From positions 124,001 to 187,663 of the forward strand of contig JBDRRP010000057.1 of the NCBI GenBank assembly GCA_043825735.1: 63,663 nucleotides of DNA, read 5' to 3'. Position 1 is the first letter of the stretch. Each line of letters opens with the position of its first letter. Below, piece by piece: positions 48,031-58,522 of this stretch. The DNA is from Pseudomonadota bacterium (GTDB lineage: Bacteria > Desulfobacterota > Desulfobacteria > Desulfobacterales > JBDRRP01). The position numbers and the translations under genes are program-made. The notes below the pieces were generated by a model. That model ran no database searches, was not told where the DNA came from, and saw nothing but the letters and a program-made list of their open reading frames with translations.

Positions 48031-49401
48031 ATGACCCGAAAACCCCGCGCCGAAATCGATCCGGTGGAGCAGGAGATCGAGGTGGCGCTCAACCCTGATG
48101 CGTTCATTTCATACCATGCCTGCGAGTCGTTCGTCAGCGACCTTGAAGAGGTCGCTGACAGCATCGGCAAGCTCACCGTCAGTGACGCGGCACGGGTTGT
48201 CCCGTTGTACGAAACCTTCCTTGCCGGCTGCTACGAGAAGGTCGAAGCGATCGATGATTCGGGCGGCAGCTTCGGCGCGTTTGTCGGTGAGCTGTTCTGT
48301 GGCTGGATAAAGGCCCGGCAGGCAGCGGGTGCCGATCCAGAGGAAACCGCCACTCGCTTGGTCGCGTGGATGGACGAAGATGATTACGGCTTTTGCCATG
48401 ACCTTGAAAAGGCAGCGGTAAAGGTTTTCGACAAGGCCAATTTCGCCGCCTTTGTGAAACTGGCCCGCGTCAAATTCGACGCTGCGGCAGTGGCAAGCCC
48501 CAAGACGGGTGCCAGCTACAACGATCAGCCGGAATACATCCGGCGTCGCTGGGGCGATGCCCTGCGCACGCTTTACGCCGCGCAAAAGGATGTCGCGGCC
48601 TACGTCGCACTTGCCGAGGAGACCGGCCTTACGGCGCAGGATTGCCTCGTCATCGCGACATTGATAGCCGGCCGGCGCAAACCGGAGGAAGCCCTGGCGT
48701 GGGCGGATCGGGGGATAGATCTTGCCGGAAAGACGCTCCGCGGGCCGATGGCCGGGTTCGAGCTCGCCAGACTGCGGCGCGAACTGCTGACCCGGCTGGA
48801 CCGCGGCAGTGAGGCGCTTGCCGAGGCCTGGACCGGTTTCCGGGAACGCCCTGACACGTTTACATACGACGAGCTGATGAAGTTCGTGCCCAAGACCGAG
48901 CGTGCCGCGTGGCATGAGAAGGCCATCGCGGCGACCGGCGGGGCTGACCTCCGTTCCGTCTTGGAGCTTCTTTTAAAGACCAAGGAGATGGACCGGCTCG
49001 CCGAGCGCGTGCGACAGTCCACGGACGATGAGCTGGAGGGTTTGAGCCACTATGGCGCCGAGCCCGTGGCTGAAGCGCTCGAAAAGTCCCATCCCGATCT
49101 TGCGGCGCGCCTCTGGTGCGCCCAGGGGATGCGGATCGTCAATGCAAAGAAAAGCAAATACTACGATGCTGCATTGTTGAATTTCGAGAGCGCCAAGCGC
49201 TGCTTTGAGGATGCGCCCCTTCGTACGGTGAATCTGCCATTGCCGGGGAGCGCCCGTCTCTACAGATTCAGTCCCCCTCACACAACTAACGCAATTGTCG
49301 CGGGTTACGCGACCCCCGCCATGCGGCGGATCAGGGCACCGGCAAGGCGGGTCATGGGCTTGAATGCGGTAATGGTGAGTGCGGACAGATCGGTGGGGTA
49401 G
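48031..49401 (+). CDS. Alpha-helical repeat hypothetical protein (DUF6880-like); natural C-terminus probably lost
   Basis: RBS, coherent sequence up to KKSKYYDAAL..AKRCFEDA (about 49215), then an atypical tail overlapping the convergent gene by 97 bp. Confidence 0.6.
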   Translation: MTRKPRAEIDPVEQEIEVALNPDAFISYHACESFVSDLEEVADSIGKLTVSDAARVVPLYETFLAGCYEKVEAIDDSGGSFGAFVGELFCGWIKARQAAGADPEETATRLVAWMDEDDYGFCHDLEKAAVKVFDKANFAAFVKLARVKFDAAAVASPKTGASYNDQPEYIRRRWGDALRTLYAAQKDVAAYVALAEETGLTAQDCLVIATLIAGRRKPEEALAWADRGIDLAGKTLRGPMAGFELARLRRELLTRLDRGSEALAEAWTGFRERPDTFTYDELMKFVPKTERAAWHEKAIAATGGADLRSVLELLLKTKEMDRLAERVRQSTDDELEGLSHYGAEPVAEALEKSHPDLAARLWCAQGMRIVNAKKSKYYDAALLNFESAKRCFEDAPLRTVNLPLPGSARLYRFSPPHTTNAIVAGYATPAMRRIRAPARRVMGLNAVMVSADRSVG

Positions 49402-50489
49402 GCGGTGAGGTGTTCGAATCCGTCTTCGGTAACGCGTGTGGTGTCGCTGTGGCGGATGCCGCCCACGCCGGGCAGATAGATGCCCGGTTCGATGCTGATG
49501 AGCATGTTTTTTTCAAGCACGTCGCGGCTGCCCTCGGCCATCCAGGGGCCTTCGTGGCTGCCCAGGCCGAAGCCGTGGCCCGTGCGGTGGAGCAGGTATT
49601 GCCCGTATCCTTCGGCAGTGAGAAAGTCCTTGGCTGCCAGATCGATCTCGGCACAGGGGGCGCCGGGGCGGATCAGGGCGCAGGCGCGGCGGCGGGCTTC
49701 CATCATGGCATTGAATGCCGCCAGCGCTTCGGGTGCCGGCGGTTCCAGAAAAAAGGTGCGCTCGCATTCGGCGGCGTAGCCGTTGGCGCGAACCAGGCCC
49801 AGGGCGATGTGGGGGCCGGCCGTGAGCCGGTCGGCCACGCCGGGCACCCCATGGGGTTGGGCGCTCAGCGGGGCGGGCCAGGCGGCCGCCAGCACATCGG
49901 TGGCCAGGGGCTCGTAGTCGGTATCGCGGATGATGTTTAGCAGCACTTTGCGTCCCTGGCTGAAGAGCTCCACTTCAGATACACCGCTGTAGGATGCGTC
50001 GATGACTTTTTGGACGCACTGGTCCGCATACCGGGATGCCTTCCGGAGCATGGCGATTTCCGCCGGCGATTTGATCAGCCGCAGCCCTTCCACCAGTGGT
50101 GCGACCACGGGGCTGATCGACGACAGGGCCTGGGCGATCTCCATGGGCATCGCGGGCTCGATGCCCACGGCGCCGGCCCCGGCGATGACATCATGGAGCC
50201 GCTCGGGCCATCCCTGACCCGACGGGGACGGATAGTCCCAGTAGTGCTTGACGGCAGCGACGTTGGGCGCGGCTTTCAAGTGGTCCTGCTCCAGCGCCGG
50301 CACCAGCAGCACCGGGGCGGCCGCCGGTCGTACGATCATGAAAAAGGGGCGCTCCAGCGGACGGTAGGAGACGCCGGTGAGGTAGTAGATGCTTTCTTCG
50401 GCCGAGACGATGAAGACATCGAAGCCGCTGGCGGCGACGGCGGTCTGCAGCCGGGACAATCGCTCGGCAAATTCTTCCTTTTCGATCAT
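49305..50489 (-). CDS. Xaa-Pro peptidase (M24 family)
   Basis: LRLIKSPAEI, HRTGHGFGLGSHE and IEPGIY motifs; likely start MIEKEEF. Confidence 0.9.
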   Translation of the reverse strand: MIEKEEFAERLSRLQTAVAASGFDVFIVSAEESIYYLTGVSYRPLERPFFMIVRPAAAPVLLVPALEQDHLKAAPNVAAVKHYWDYPSPSGQGWPERLHDVIAGAGAVGIEPAMPMEIAQALSSISPVVAPLVEGLRLIKSPAEIAMLRKASRYADQCVQKVIDASYSGVSEVELFSQGRKVLLNIIRDTDYEPLATDVLAAAWPAPLSAQPHGVPGVADRLTAGPHIALGLVRANGYAAECERTFFLEPPAPEALAAFNAMMEARRRACALIRPGAPCAEIDLAAKDFLTAEGYGQYLLHRTGHGFGLGSHEGPWMAEGSRDVLEKNMLISIEPGIYLPGVGGIRHSDTTRVTEDGFEHLTAYPTDLSALTITAFKPMTRLAGALIRRMAGVA

Positions 50490-50534
50490 GGCGAAGCCTT
50501 TCAGCGATGGGGCAGGGCAGCGATGTTTTTGACC

Positions 50535-50593
50535 ACCACGAAGTTCACGAAGGTTTTCTACCCCGCTTGGTTTTTCTTCGTGCACTTCATGGT
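50535..50593. repeat. CACGAAG periodic palindrome
   Basis: ACCACGAAGTTCACGAAG ... CTTCGTGCACTTCATGGT. Confidence 0.75.
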
Positions 50594-50737
50594 TTACATG
50601 CAGTGCTGCCGGTAACGTCAATTTGAGAATTGTGCAACAGCAGGTATCAGGATTTGGACGCGATTTCAAACGAGATCGGCCGCACTCCGGTGGAGCGCGG
50701 CCGATGGTTGTTTCAATTTGTCCTGACGCGATTTCGG

Positions 50738-51775
50738 CTACATGGCGGCGCCGCGCGCGGCCTCGAGCCAGCCGTCCCATTTCGCCTTGTTTTTGGAAAT
50801 CCACGCGTCCACGTGGCGTTCGATATCCTTCTGAGATTTTTCCCCTTCGCTCATGCGGGTGTTCTGCTCGTTGATGTCGATCAGCGGCAGGGTGAACACC
50901 TCAAAGAATTTTTTGGCTGCCGGGTTTTTGGCCAGAAACTTCTTGTTGGCCACGATCTGGATGTCGGAAACGACAAACCCGAGCTTGGCAGGATCGGTCA
51001 CGGCCCCTTCGAGACCCGACACGGTCATGCGGTCAACGGCGGACTTCTGGGATTCCTTGGGAACAATCTTGGGCACGTTGATCCACATGACGTCAATGCC
51101 CGGCTTCAGTTTGAAGATGGTCCAGTTGGGGGCCCAGGTGTAAAAGAAGATCGGCTCGCCGGCTTGGTACGCGCCCAGCGCCGAGGCCATGCCGGCTTCA
51201 TAGGAGGCCTTCACCGGGTTGATGGCGTCATCGAGATCGTAGGTTTTCATGTGCCAGGCGATGACGTTTTCGCAGCCCCAGCCGGGCGGGCAGGCGGTGA
51301 GATCGGCCTTGCCGTCGCCGTTTTTGTCGAACGCCTTTTTGACCTCGGGGCGTTTGAAATCGTCCAGGCTCTTGATGTTGAACTTGTCGACATCTCTTTT
51401 AGAGACTAAATATCCCTGAAGGCCACCGGCTTTGGCTACATAACCGACCTTTTCGGCCTTGTCGTAAAACCCCTTGGGCAGCTGGCTGTCATGGTTCGGA
51501 AACCAACCGTTGGTCCAGTAGTCCACGTCTCCCAAGGCAACTGAACTATAAAAAAGAGGATTGGCGAGATCCTTGGGTTTTTTCACGGTGTAGCCCAGCG
51601 TCTCCAGGCCGCGGCGCACCAGTGCTTCCTGGAAAAAACCGGTGTTCCAGGTGGCGCGGGCCGGTTTGGCCGTGACGCCCTTGCCGGGCAGGTCTGTTTT
51701 GGCGATGACCGGCGGGGCGGCCAGAGCGATGCACGCTGCGGCGATGATGATGATTGCGGTTTTAAATGTCTTCAT
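50738..51775 (-). CDS. proX: Glycine betaine/proline ABC transporter substrate-binding protein
   Basis: Signal peptide; LQGYLV, CPPGWGC and YTWAP motifs. Confidence 0.93.
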   Translation of the reverse strand: MKTFKTAIIIIAAACIALAAPPVIAKTDLPGKGVTAKPARATWNTGFFQEALVRRGLETLGYTVKKPKDLANPLFYSSVALGDVDYWTNGWFPNHDSQLPKGFYDKAEKVGYVAKAGGLQGYLVSKRDVDKFNIKSLDDFKRPEVKKAFDKNGDGKADLTACPPGWGCENVIAWHMKTYDLDDAINPVKASYEAGMASALGAYQAGEPIFFYTWAPNWTIFKLKPGIDVMWINVPKIVPKESQKSAVDRMTVSGLEGAVTDPAKLGFVVSDIQIVANKKFLAKNPAAKKFFEVFTLPLIDINEQNTRMSEGEKSQKDIERHVDAWISKNKAKWDGWLEAARGAAM

Positions 51776-51836
51776 TCTTCCTCCTTGCGGTTAATGACAG
51801 GGTCGGCGGGGTGGGGTTGGCGGCGCCGTTGCGGTG

Positions 51837-52682
51837 CTACCCCTGACCCGGTTGTTTTTTTCCGGCCATGGACTGGGTGATCCGGTCCAGCACCATGGCC
51901 ATCAATACGATGCTTAGGCCGCCGACGACGGCGCGGCCGATGTCAAGGGTGTTGAGCCCCAGAATTACCGGTGAGCCAAGGCCGCCGGCCCCGATGAGGG
52001 CAGCGATGACCACCATCGACAGGGCCATCATTATGGTCTGGTTAAGGCCGGCCAGGATGGTTGGCATTGCCAGTGGCACCTGGACGCGGCGCAGCACCTG
52101 CCAGTCGGTCGCACCGAAGGCCTGGGCCGCTTCCACCAGTTCCGGGTGCACTCCGCGAATGCCCAGGCTGGTCAGGCGGATGATGGGGGGCAGGGCAAAA
52201 ACGATGGTGGCCAGCACCCCGGCCACGTTGCCCACGGAAAAGAGCATAACGATGGGTACCAGGTAGACAAAGGCGGGCGTGGTCTGCATGGCGTCGAGCA
52301 CCGGCCGAAGGCTCGCCTCGACTCGGTTGCTGCGTCCGGACCAGATCCCGAGAGGGATGCCCGCCAAGGCGCAGAAGACGACAGCCGAGAGCACCATGGC
52401 CAGGGTGGTCATGGTATCGGCCCACATGCCCAAAAGTCCGATAAGGACCAAGGTGACGGCCGAAAAGAGCGCCAGTCCCTTTCCCGAAAACCGCCATGCA
52501 GCGAAGACGACGACGGCGATGATCAGCAGCGGCGGCAGGGCGTTGAGGCCGCGGTCGAAACCGTTCAGCGTTTGCTCCACCGGCCATTTGATGGCCTGGA
52601 AGATGTGGCGGTAGTTTTCCACCAGCATGTCCACGAACTGCGATACCCATACATCCAGCGGTATGACGCTTTCTTCAAACAT
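51837..52682 (-). CDS. proW: Glycine betaine/proline ABC transporter permease
   Basis: LDAMQTTPAFVYLVP and GLNQTIMMALSMVV motifs. Confidence 0.95.
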   Translation of the reverse strand: MFEESVIPLDVWVSQFVDMLVENYRHIFQAIKWPVEQTLNGFDRGLNALPPLLIIAVVVFAAWRFSGKGLALFSAVTLVLIGLLGMWADTMTTLAMVLSAVVFCALAGIPLGIWSGRSNRVEASLRPVLDAMQTTPAFVYLVPIVMLFSVGNVAGVLATIVFALPPIIRLTSLGIRGVHPELVEAAQAFGATDWQVLRRVQVPLAMPTILAGLNQTIMMALSMVVIAALIGAGGLGSPVILGLNTLDIGRAVVGGLSIVLMAMVLDRITQSMAGKKQPGQG

Positions 52683-52756
52683 ATTGTCGATCTCCCTATT
52701 TTCTTGCGGCCTTTCAGTTTGATGTCGCCGCTCAAGGTCGAGTTCTTCTCTTTTCT

Positions 52757-52856
52757 GTCATCCCGGCGACCTGTCCGCCGAAGCCTTGGCGAAGGTGGAA
52801 GGCCGGGATCCAGTGCTTTTGGGGATTTCTGGACCCCGGCCTTCGCCGGGGTGACG
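52757..52856. repeat. REP/REPIN-like element inside the proVWX operon
   Basis: GTCATCCCGGCG..GGCCGGGATCCAG..CTGGACCCCGGCCTTCGCCGGGGTGAC. Confidence 0.8.
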
Positions 52857-52879
52857 AACCTTGGGACTATTTACTGGTT

Positions 52880-54130
52880 TCAGGCGGCTTCGGTGCTGCG
52901 TTCATTGGCGGCGTCCACCTGCTCCTGGGCCGACTGCTCCGCCCGGTAGAGAGTTCTCAGGAACCGGTTTTTGGAGACGACGCCCTTGTAGACACCCTTT
53001 TCGTCCACCACGGGTACCGGCCAGCTCTTGGATGCCACAACGGGCAGGATGTCCTGCATGGAGTCGGTGAGCAGCGCCGGCGCGGCATCCTTGATATAGG
53101 CCTGATCGATGGGCGAGTCCCGGAGGCCGGCGTCTTTGGCTTCTCTGAGGCTGTCGGCAGAGACGATGCCCAGGAACCGGTGCTGGGGATCGAGTACATA
53201 CCCGTGGTCGCGGTCGGAGCTGCTGAGCAGTTCGTGTGCGGCGCGGATGCTGCCGACTTTTGATTTGACGATGGTGGGGTGGGAATCGCGCACGATATCG
53301 CCGGCGCTGATGACGTTGGTGGGGTCGACACCCCGAAAAAACGCCCGCACGTAGTCGTCGGCCGGGTTCTGCAAAATTTCCTCGGGTGATCCCACCTGCA
53401 CGATGCGGCCGCCCTCCATGATGGCGATGCGATCGCCGATGCGCAGCGCTTCGTCCAGATCGTGGGAGATGAACACGATGGTGCGCTGGTGCTGTTCCTG
53501 CAGTTTGAGCAGCTCGTCCTGCATTTCCGTTCGAATCAGCGGGTCCAAGGCGGAAAAGGCCTCGTCCATGAGCAGGATGCCGGGATCCACGGCCAGGCCC
53601 CGGGCCAGTCCGACACGCTGTTGCATGCCGCCGGATAGCTGCGCCGGGTAGGACCCCTCCCATCCTTTCAAGCCCACCTGGTCCAGTGCCTGCAGGGCCC
53701 TCTCATGCCGCTTGGTTTTTTCCACCTTGGCCAGTTCCAGCCCGAAAGCGGCGTTTTCCAGTACGGTGAGGTGCGGCATCAAGGCGAAGGACTGAAAGAC
53801 CATGCTCATGTTGTGCAGGCGAAACTTGACCAAGCTGTCGTGGGACATTTTGGAGACGTTTTCGCCGTCCACGATGACGTCTCCGGCCGTGGGCTCAATG
53901 AGTCGGTTGAGCATGCGCACCAGGGTGGACTTGCCGGACCCCGAAAGGCCCATGACGACGAAAATCTCACCGGATTCAATGGATAGATTGGCATTCTGGA
54001 CACCGACGGTCAGGCCGGTTTCTCCGAATATGTCATCTTTTGAGAGCCCTTTGTCGAGCATGCCAAGGGCTCTTTTCGGGTTGGGGCCGAATATCTTGTA
54101 AAGATTTTTGATAACGACTTTTTCCGTCAT
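52880..54130 (-). CDS. proV: Glycine betaine/proline ABC transporter ATP-binding protein with CBS domains
   Basis: GLSGSGKST, LSGGMQQRVGLAR and DEAFSALDPLIR motifs; RBS GGAG before ATG 54130. Confidence 0.95.
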   Translation of the reverse strand: MTEKVVIKNLYKIFGPNPKRALGMLDKGLSKDDIFGETGLTVGVQNANLSIESGEIFVVMGLSGSGKSTLVRMLNRLIEPTAGDVIVDGENVSKMSHDSLVKFRLHNMSMVFQSFALMPHLTVLENAAFGLELAKVEKTKRHERALQALDQVGLKGWEGSYPAQLSGGMQQRVGLARGLAVDPGILLMDEAFSALDPLIRTEMQDELLKLQEQHQRTIVFISHDLDEALRIGDRIAIMEGGRIVQVGSPEEILQNPADDYVRAFFRGVDPTNVISAGDIVRDSHPTIVKSKVGSIRAAHELLSSSDRDHGYVLDPQHRFLGIVSADSLREAKDAGLRDSPIDQAYIKDAAPALLTDSMQDILPVVASKSWPVPVVDEKGVYKGVVSKNRFLRTLYRAEQSAQEQVDAANERSTEAA

Positions 54131-54829
54131 GAGCTTCTCCGCTGGAGTATGGTTTTCATTGGGGCCCTGAACCTGCGCGGTGCGGTGGCGGTCGTCTGGC
54201 AGAATCTGTAGCGGTGTCCTTCCGGGGGCTTCAGCAGGGCCCGATGCTACGGCGACTGGCAAGAAGTCTGAGGCCAAGGGCAAATACATCATGTACAGAA
54301 ATCATTTTTAGTAAATTTATATTTTCTATACAAATTAAAAAACCGTTAAAACTATAGTCGACGGCCCGTTCATTCGGGATCAGTATCATCATGGCCGCGC
54401 TACGGTCAACGGTATAACTATGCTTTATATTTAGCATATTACATATTTTTTTTCTTCTCCAATTCCAGTTCGATGGGCATAGTATAGGGGAATAAACGCT
54501 TTGTTGTCAAGCCTGCGCCATTCGTAATATCATTTGTCTACAAACAATATAGTTATCATTTTTAAAAAAACCGGCGGGGATGGGCGATCCGCACGCGCCC
54601 GGAGGCTGGAACCGACCCCGACGTCGGCGTACCCAGGGGGCTATCGGCAAGTTGTCTCCGATGGTCGGCTGTGATAGGCCTATCGCGCAGGATTCTGATA
54701 AACCGCTACTTTCCGAAGTGCCGGGAGCGATGCGGCTGCTGCTGATGCAGCGCCGCTGGCCGCGGCCGACATATACCATTCACAGCTGCGGTTGAGAGTG
54801 GCTGTCGTTGCCGGAACAAGGAGTCGTCA

Positions 54830-55339
54830 ATGAAATCCGTCCAAAACGGGGTGCCGCTCAGCGATGCCGTGCTCATCAACCTGCGACGCATCATTCAGTC
54901 CATTGATCTTCATTCCCGCGATCTGATGAAACGCTTCGGGTTGACGATTCCCCAACTCATGATTCTCAATGAAATCGAAAGGGCGCACGATATCTCGGCC
55001 AGTGATCTGGCCCGGGCGGTCAGCCTCAGCCAGGCGACGGTGACCGGGATTTTGGAGCGTCTTGAAAACCGGGGATTGATCACCCGCAAGCGCAGCGAAT
55101 CGGACCGCCGGCGCATCCATGTCAGGGCGACCGACCCCGGACGGGCGTTGCTGGACGCCGCGCCGCCACTGATGCAGGAATCGTTTACGCACCAGTTCAG
55201 CATGCTGGCGTCATGGGAGCAGCATATGATCCTTGCGGCCGTGGAGCGGATTGCCGTGATGATGAATGCCCGGCGGATCGATGCTGCGCCGGTATTGGCC
55301 ACCGGCCCCATTGATCCGCCGGCCGGAGGCCACTGTTAA
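54830..55339 (+). CDS. MarR family regulator (EctR/CosR-like) divergent from proVWX
   Basis: LRRIIQSIDLHSR, GLTIPQL, LSQATVTGILERLE, DRRR and IDAAPVL motifs. Confidence 0.9.
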   Translation: MKSVQNGVPLSDAVLINLRRIIQSIDLHSRDLMKRFGLTIPQLMILNEIERAHDISASDLARAVSLSQATVTGILERLENRGLITRKRSESDRRRIHVRATDPGRALLDAAPPLMQESFTHQFSMLASWEQHMILAAVERIAVMMNARRIDAAPVLATGPIDPPAGGHC

Positions 55340-56091
55340 AACAGATAGTGGATCGCCAGCACTACGATCAGCACTCTAAAGACAATCCGCAGGGTCCGGT
55401 TTTCACGGTTGACGGCCAGACGGGCGCCGAGGGCGGCGCCGGCGGCGGTGGCCAGGGTGAGCGGGACGGCCACCATCCAGTCCACGTATCCGGCAGCCAC
55501 GAAGACCGGCAAACTGGCGGCGGTGATGACGAGGTTGGGCAGCTTGCTGTTGGCCACCGCGCCGAGAAACGTCTCGCCGGAAATATACACCAGTGCGAAA
55601 ACGATGAGCACGTTGGCGCCGCCGCCGAAGATTCCCGTGTAAAAACCGATGAGAATGCCGGCGAAAGCATTTTTCACCATGCCGCCACCAGGCAAGGGTT
55701 TGGATGGCGACAGGCCGGCGTCCGCATTCAGAAGCGTCGCACCGGCCATGAGCAGCATGCACAGACCGACGATGCGCTCCAGCGCGGCGGCGTTGACCCA
55801 GGTCGCACACAGTGCCCCTGCCTGTGCGGCGGCCACGGCAGTGATCGTCAGCACCAGCCCGGATCGCAGGTTCACCAGGCCCCTGCTGCGAAAATACGCC
55901 AGCGGCGCCATTTCCCGACCGACCACCGATACCTTGGCGGTGCCAATGGCGCTATGGATGGGCATGCCGAAAGCGCTGAGCAGCGGCACCAGGACGAACA
56001 GGGTGCTGCCCAGAACGGCGCCGAAGATGCCCACGCCGAAACCGACAGCGCAGATGACGGCAGTGGCGGCTATGGACAGTTCCGGATTCAT
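55336..56091 (-). CDS. TSUP (TauE/SafE) family transporter
   Basis: GFYTGIFGGG and GAALGARLA motifs; ATGA overlap with the upstream gene. Confidence 0.85.
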   Translation of the reverse strand: MNPELSIAATAVICAVGFGVGIFGAVLGSTLFVLVPLLSAFGMPIHSAIGTAKVSVVGREMAPLAYFRSRGLVNLRSGLVLTITAVAAAQAGALCATWVNAAALERIVGLCMLLMAGATLLNADAGLSPSKPLPGGGMVKNAFAGILIGFYTGIFGGGANVLIVFALVYISGETFLGAVANSKLPNLVITAASLPVFVAAGYVDWMVAVPLTLATAAGAALGARLAVNRENRTLRIVFRVLIVVLAIHYLF

Positions 56092-57017
56092 GAGCCGGAC
56101 GGGGCCGGCGGCAGCGCCTGCGGCCCGCGCAAGCCGTTGATGGTCGTCATGGCGATGCCGGTGAAGATGAGCGCCATGCCCACCAGGTGAAATCCGGCCA
56201 GCCGCTCGCCCAGCAGGCCGAATGCCAGCAGGATGGAAAACACCGGCATGAGATGGAAAAAGATGCCGGCCTTTGCGGCGCCGATCATGGCCACGCCCCG
56301 GTTGTAGAAGATGTAGGCGAGCACCGAGGGAAACACCGCCACATACGTCAGGCTGGCTGAGGCGCGCCAATCGATGGGAAAGCTGCCGGCGCGGACCACT
56401 TCCCACAGGTAGAATGGCAACAGGACCACCAGCCCGGCCATGACGATGGCTGTCAGAAAAACGATGGGGTCCATCTCCGGCGGCCTGCGGCGCAGCATTA
56501 CCGAGTAAAGGGCCCACGACACCCCCGCGCCCAGGGTCCACAGATCTCCCGAGGAAAACTGCAGTGCCAGCAGCATGGTCAGGTGCCCCCGGGTGATGAT
56601 GAAGGCCAGGCCGGTCAGTGATATCAGCACGCCCATCATCTGGCGGAGCGTGAGGCGTTCACCGAATCCGGCCCACGCCATGACTACGATGAAGATGGGG
56701 ATCATGGCATTGACCAGCACGGTGTTGGTGGTGCTGGCGGTTTGCAGCGCCTTGTAGATGAAGGCGTTGAAGATGGCAATGGACGGGATGCTCATGAACA
56801 CCAGAAAGGCCCAGTGGCGGCGTACCAGGGGCCATTGGCGCCAGAGGCGCGGCAAACCGATGGGCAGCAGGATCGTCAGCGCGCCGGCCCAGCGCCAGAA
56901 ATTAAGGCTCACCGGTGGAATCAACTCCCGGATGCCCCGCCCGAGGACGAAGTTGCCAGACCAGAACAGGACAGTCAGGGTCAGCAGGAGATAGGGCAGA
57001 AATCTGCGATCGGTCAC
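56088..57017 (-). CDS. DMT/EamA family transporter
   Basis: FWSGNFVLGR, about 10 TMs, LLGERL; start uncertain. Confidence 0.9.
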   Translation of the reverse strand: MTDRRFLPYLLLTLTVLFWSGNFVLGRGIRELIPPVSLNFWRWAGALTILLPIGLPRLWRQWPLVRRHWAFLVFMSIPSIAIFNAFIYKALQTASTTNTVLVNAMIPIFIVVMAWAGFGERLTLRQMMGVLISLTGLAFIITRGHLTMLLALQFSSGDLWTLGAGVSWALYSVMLRRRPPEMDPIVFLTAIVMAGLVVLLPFYLWEVVRAGSFPIDWRASASLTYVAVFPSVLAYIFYNRGVAMIGAAKAGIFFHLMPVFSILLAFGLLGERLAGFHLVGMALIFTGIAMTTINGLRGPQALPPAPSGS

Positions 57018-57214
57018 GAAGTTTTTTCCCGGTGAAGGTAATGGCCATTGACGGCGCCGCAAACAACCCGCCGACTCTAAAAGAGCCCCACGCCCCTGTC
57101 AAGCCGCGTGCCGGATTGACCTGAGCGACAGAAGCGAATACAACCCTGCCATAGAAAACGGCAACCGGCTTTCGCGCAATGCTCAAGTTGGTTTTGGTCG
57201 CTGCGTTGAATGTG

Positions 57215-57298
57215 CACTACGAAGGCCACCAAGTGCACGAAGAAAATCCTAAAACAGGTAAGCCATAAAATCTTCGTGTTCTTCGTGTACTCGTGGTG
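57215..57298. repeat. CACGAAG periodic palindrome upstream of rlmN
   Basis: CACTACGAAGGCCACCAAGTGCACGAAG ... CTTCGTGTTCTTCGTGTACTCGTGGTG. Confidence 0.75.
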
Positions 57299-57387
57299 GC
57301 AAATCATAGCATGGGGCAAAGAGGCGCTGGCAGTGTTGCAGGGATTTTTTGCATACCCAGAAACCGCAATGGGGAACGGCAATCAAG

Positions 57388-58464
57388 ATGGACCCCCCGT
57401 GTGACATGCTGGCACTGACCTTTGATGAATCGGTGGCCGCTTTCAAGCGGCACTTCGGGCGAGGCCGTTTCCATGCCGCCGCCGCTTTTCGGGCGCTGTA
57501 TCGGGAGTTCAACCTGTCGTTCTGGGAGGCCGAGGAGTTTCGCAGCACCGCGGGGCTGGCGCAGGCGGTGGCCCGGGGGACGGTCGCGGCCCCCGGCGAG
57601 ATCGTGGATGAGGGGGCAGTGGACGGGGTGGTCAAGTTCATTACCCGGCTTGCCGACGGGGAAGAGATCGAATCGGTCCTGCTGCCCATGAAGACCCACC
57701 GGACCCTGTGCGTATCCAGTCAGGTGGGCTGCCGGATGGGCTGCCGGTTTTGCGAGACGGCCAAGATGGGGCTGCGCCGGCAGCTGTCGGTGGCGGAGAT
57801 CGTCGGTCAGGTATTCAATGCCCGGCGGCGATACGGAGAAAACATCCGCAACGTCGTATTCATGGGGATGGGGGAGCCCTTCGACAATTTCGATACCGTG
57901 GTGCAGGCGATCCGGGTGCTCAACGATCAGCGGGGCCTGGATATCGCCCTCAAATTCATCACGGTATCCACCGTGGGCCGGGTCGATGGGATCCGGCGAC
58001 TGGCGGCCTTGGGCATGCCGCTTTTAAAGCTGGCTGTTTCCCTCAACGCCGCCCGCGACGACTTAAGATCCCATCTTATGCCCGTGAACCGGTCGGTACC
58101 GCTCGCCGCGCTGCAGCGGGCCCTCGTGGAATACCCGATGCGCAGCGATTACACATTGATGGTGGGCTATGTGCTGATCCCCGGTGTCAACGACACCCCT
58201 GAAGATGCGGTCGCGCTGGCTGACTTTGTGGCGCCCTTGCCGGTCAAGGTCAATCTGATTGCCTTCAATCCGGGAACCAGCGCCCCATACCGGGCTCCTG
58301 ATGATGACGAGATCACCGCATTCAGAAACCGGTTGATCGCCGCCCGGGTGCAGGTGCAGCCGCGTCCTCCCCGGGGGCGCGATCTCATGGCCGCCTGCGG
58401 TCAACTGGGCGCCCTGCGCCGTCCGGACCGCTTTGCCGGCACGCTCAATGACAACCGATCTTAA
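57388..58464 (+). CDS. rlmN: 23S rRNA m2A2503 radical SAM methyltransferase
   Basis: CVSSQVGCRMGCRFC, MGMGEP, SLNA, VNLI and AACGQL motifs. Confidence 0.92.
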   Translation: MDPPCDMLALTFDESVAAFKRHFGRGRFHAAAAFRALYREFNLSFWEAEEFRSTAGLAQAVARGTVAAPGEIVDEGAVDGVVKFITRLADGEEIESVLLPMKTHRTLCVSSQVGCRMGCRFCETAKMGLRRQLSVAEIVGQVFNARRRYGENIRNVVFMGMGEPFDNFDTVVQAIRVLNDQRGLDIALKFITVSTVGRVDGIRRLAALGMPLLKLAVSLNAARDDLRSHLMPVNRSVPLAALQRALVEYPMRSDYTLMVGYVLIPGVNDTPEDAVALADFVAPLPVKVNLIAFNPGTSAPYRAPDDDEITAFRNRLIAARVQVQPRPPRGRDLMAACGQLGALRRPDRFAGTLNDNRS

Positions 58465-58522
58465 AAACAATACGCTTGTTAAGAAAGCGCCAGCCGACGT
58501 TATCCGAACCGTTGGATAATTT

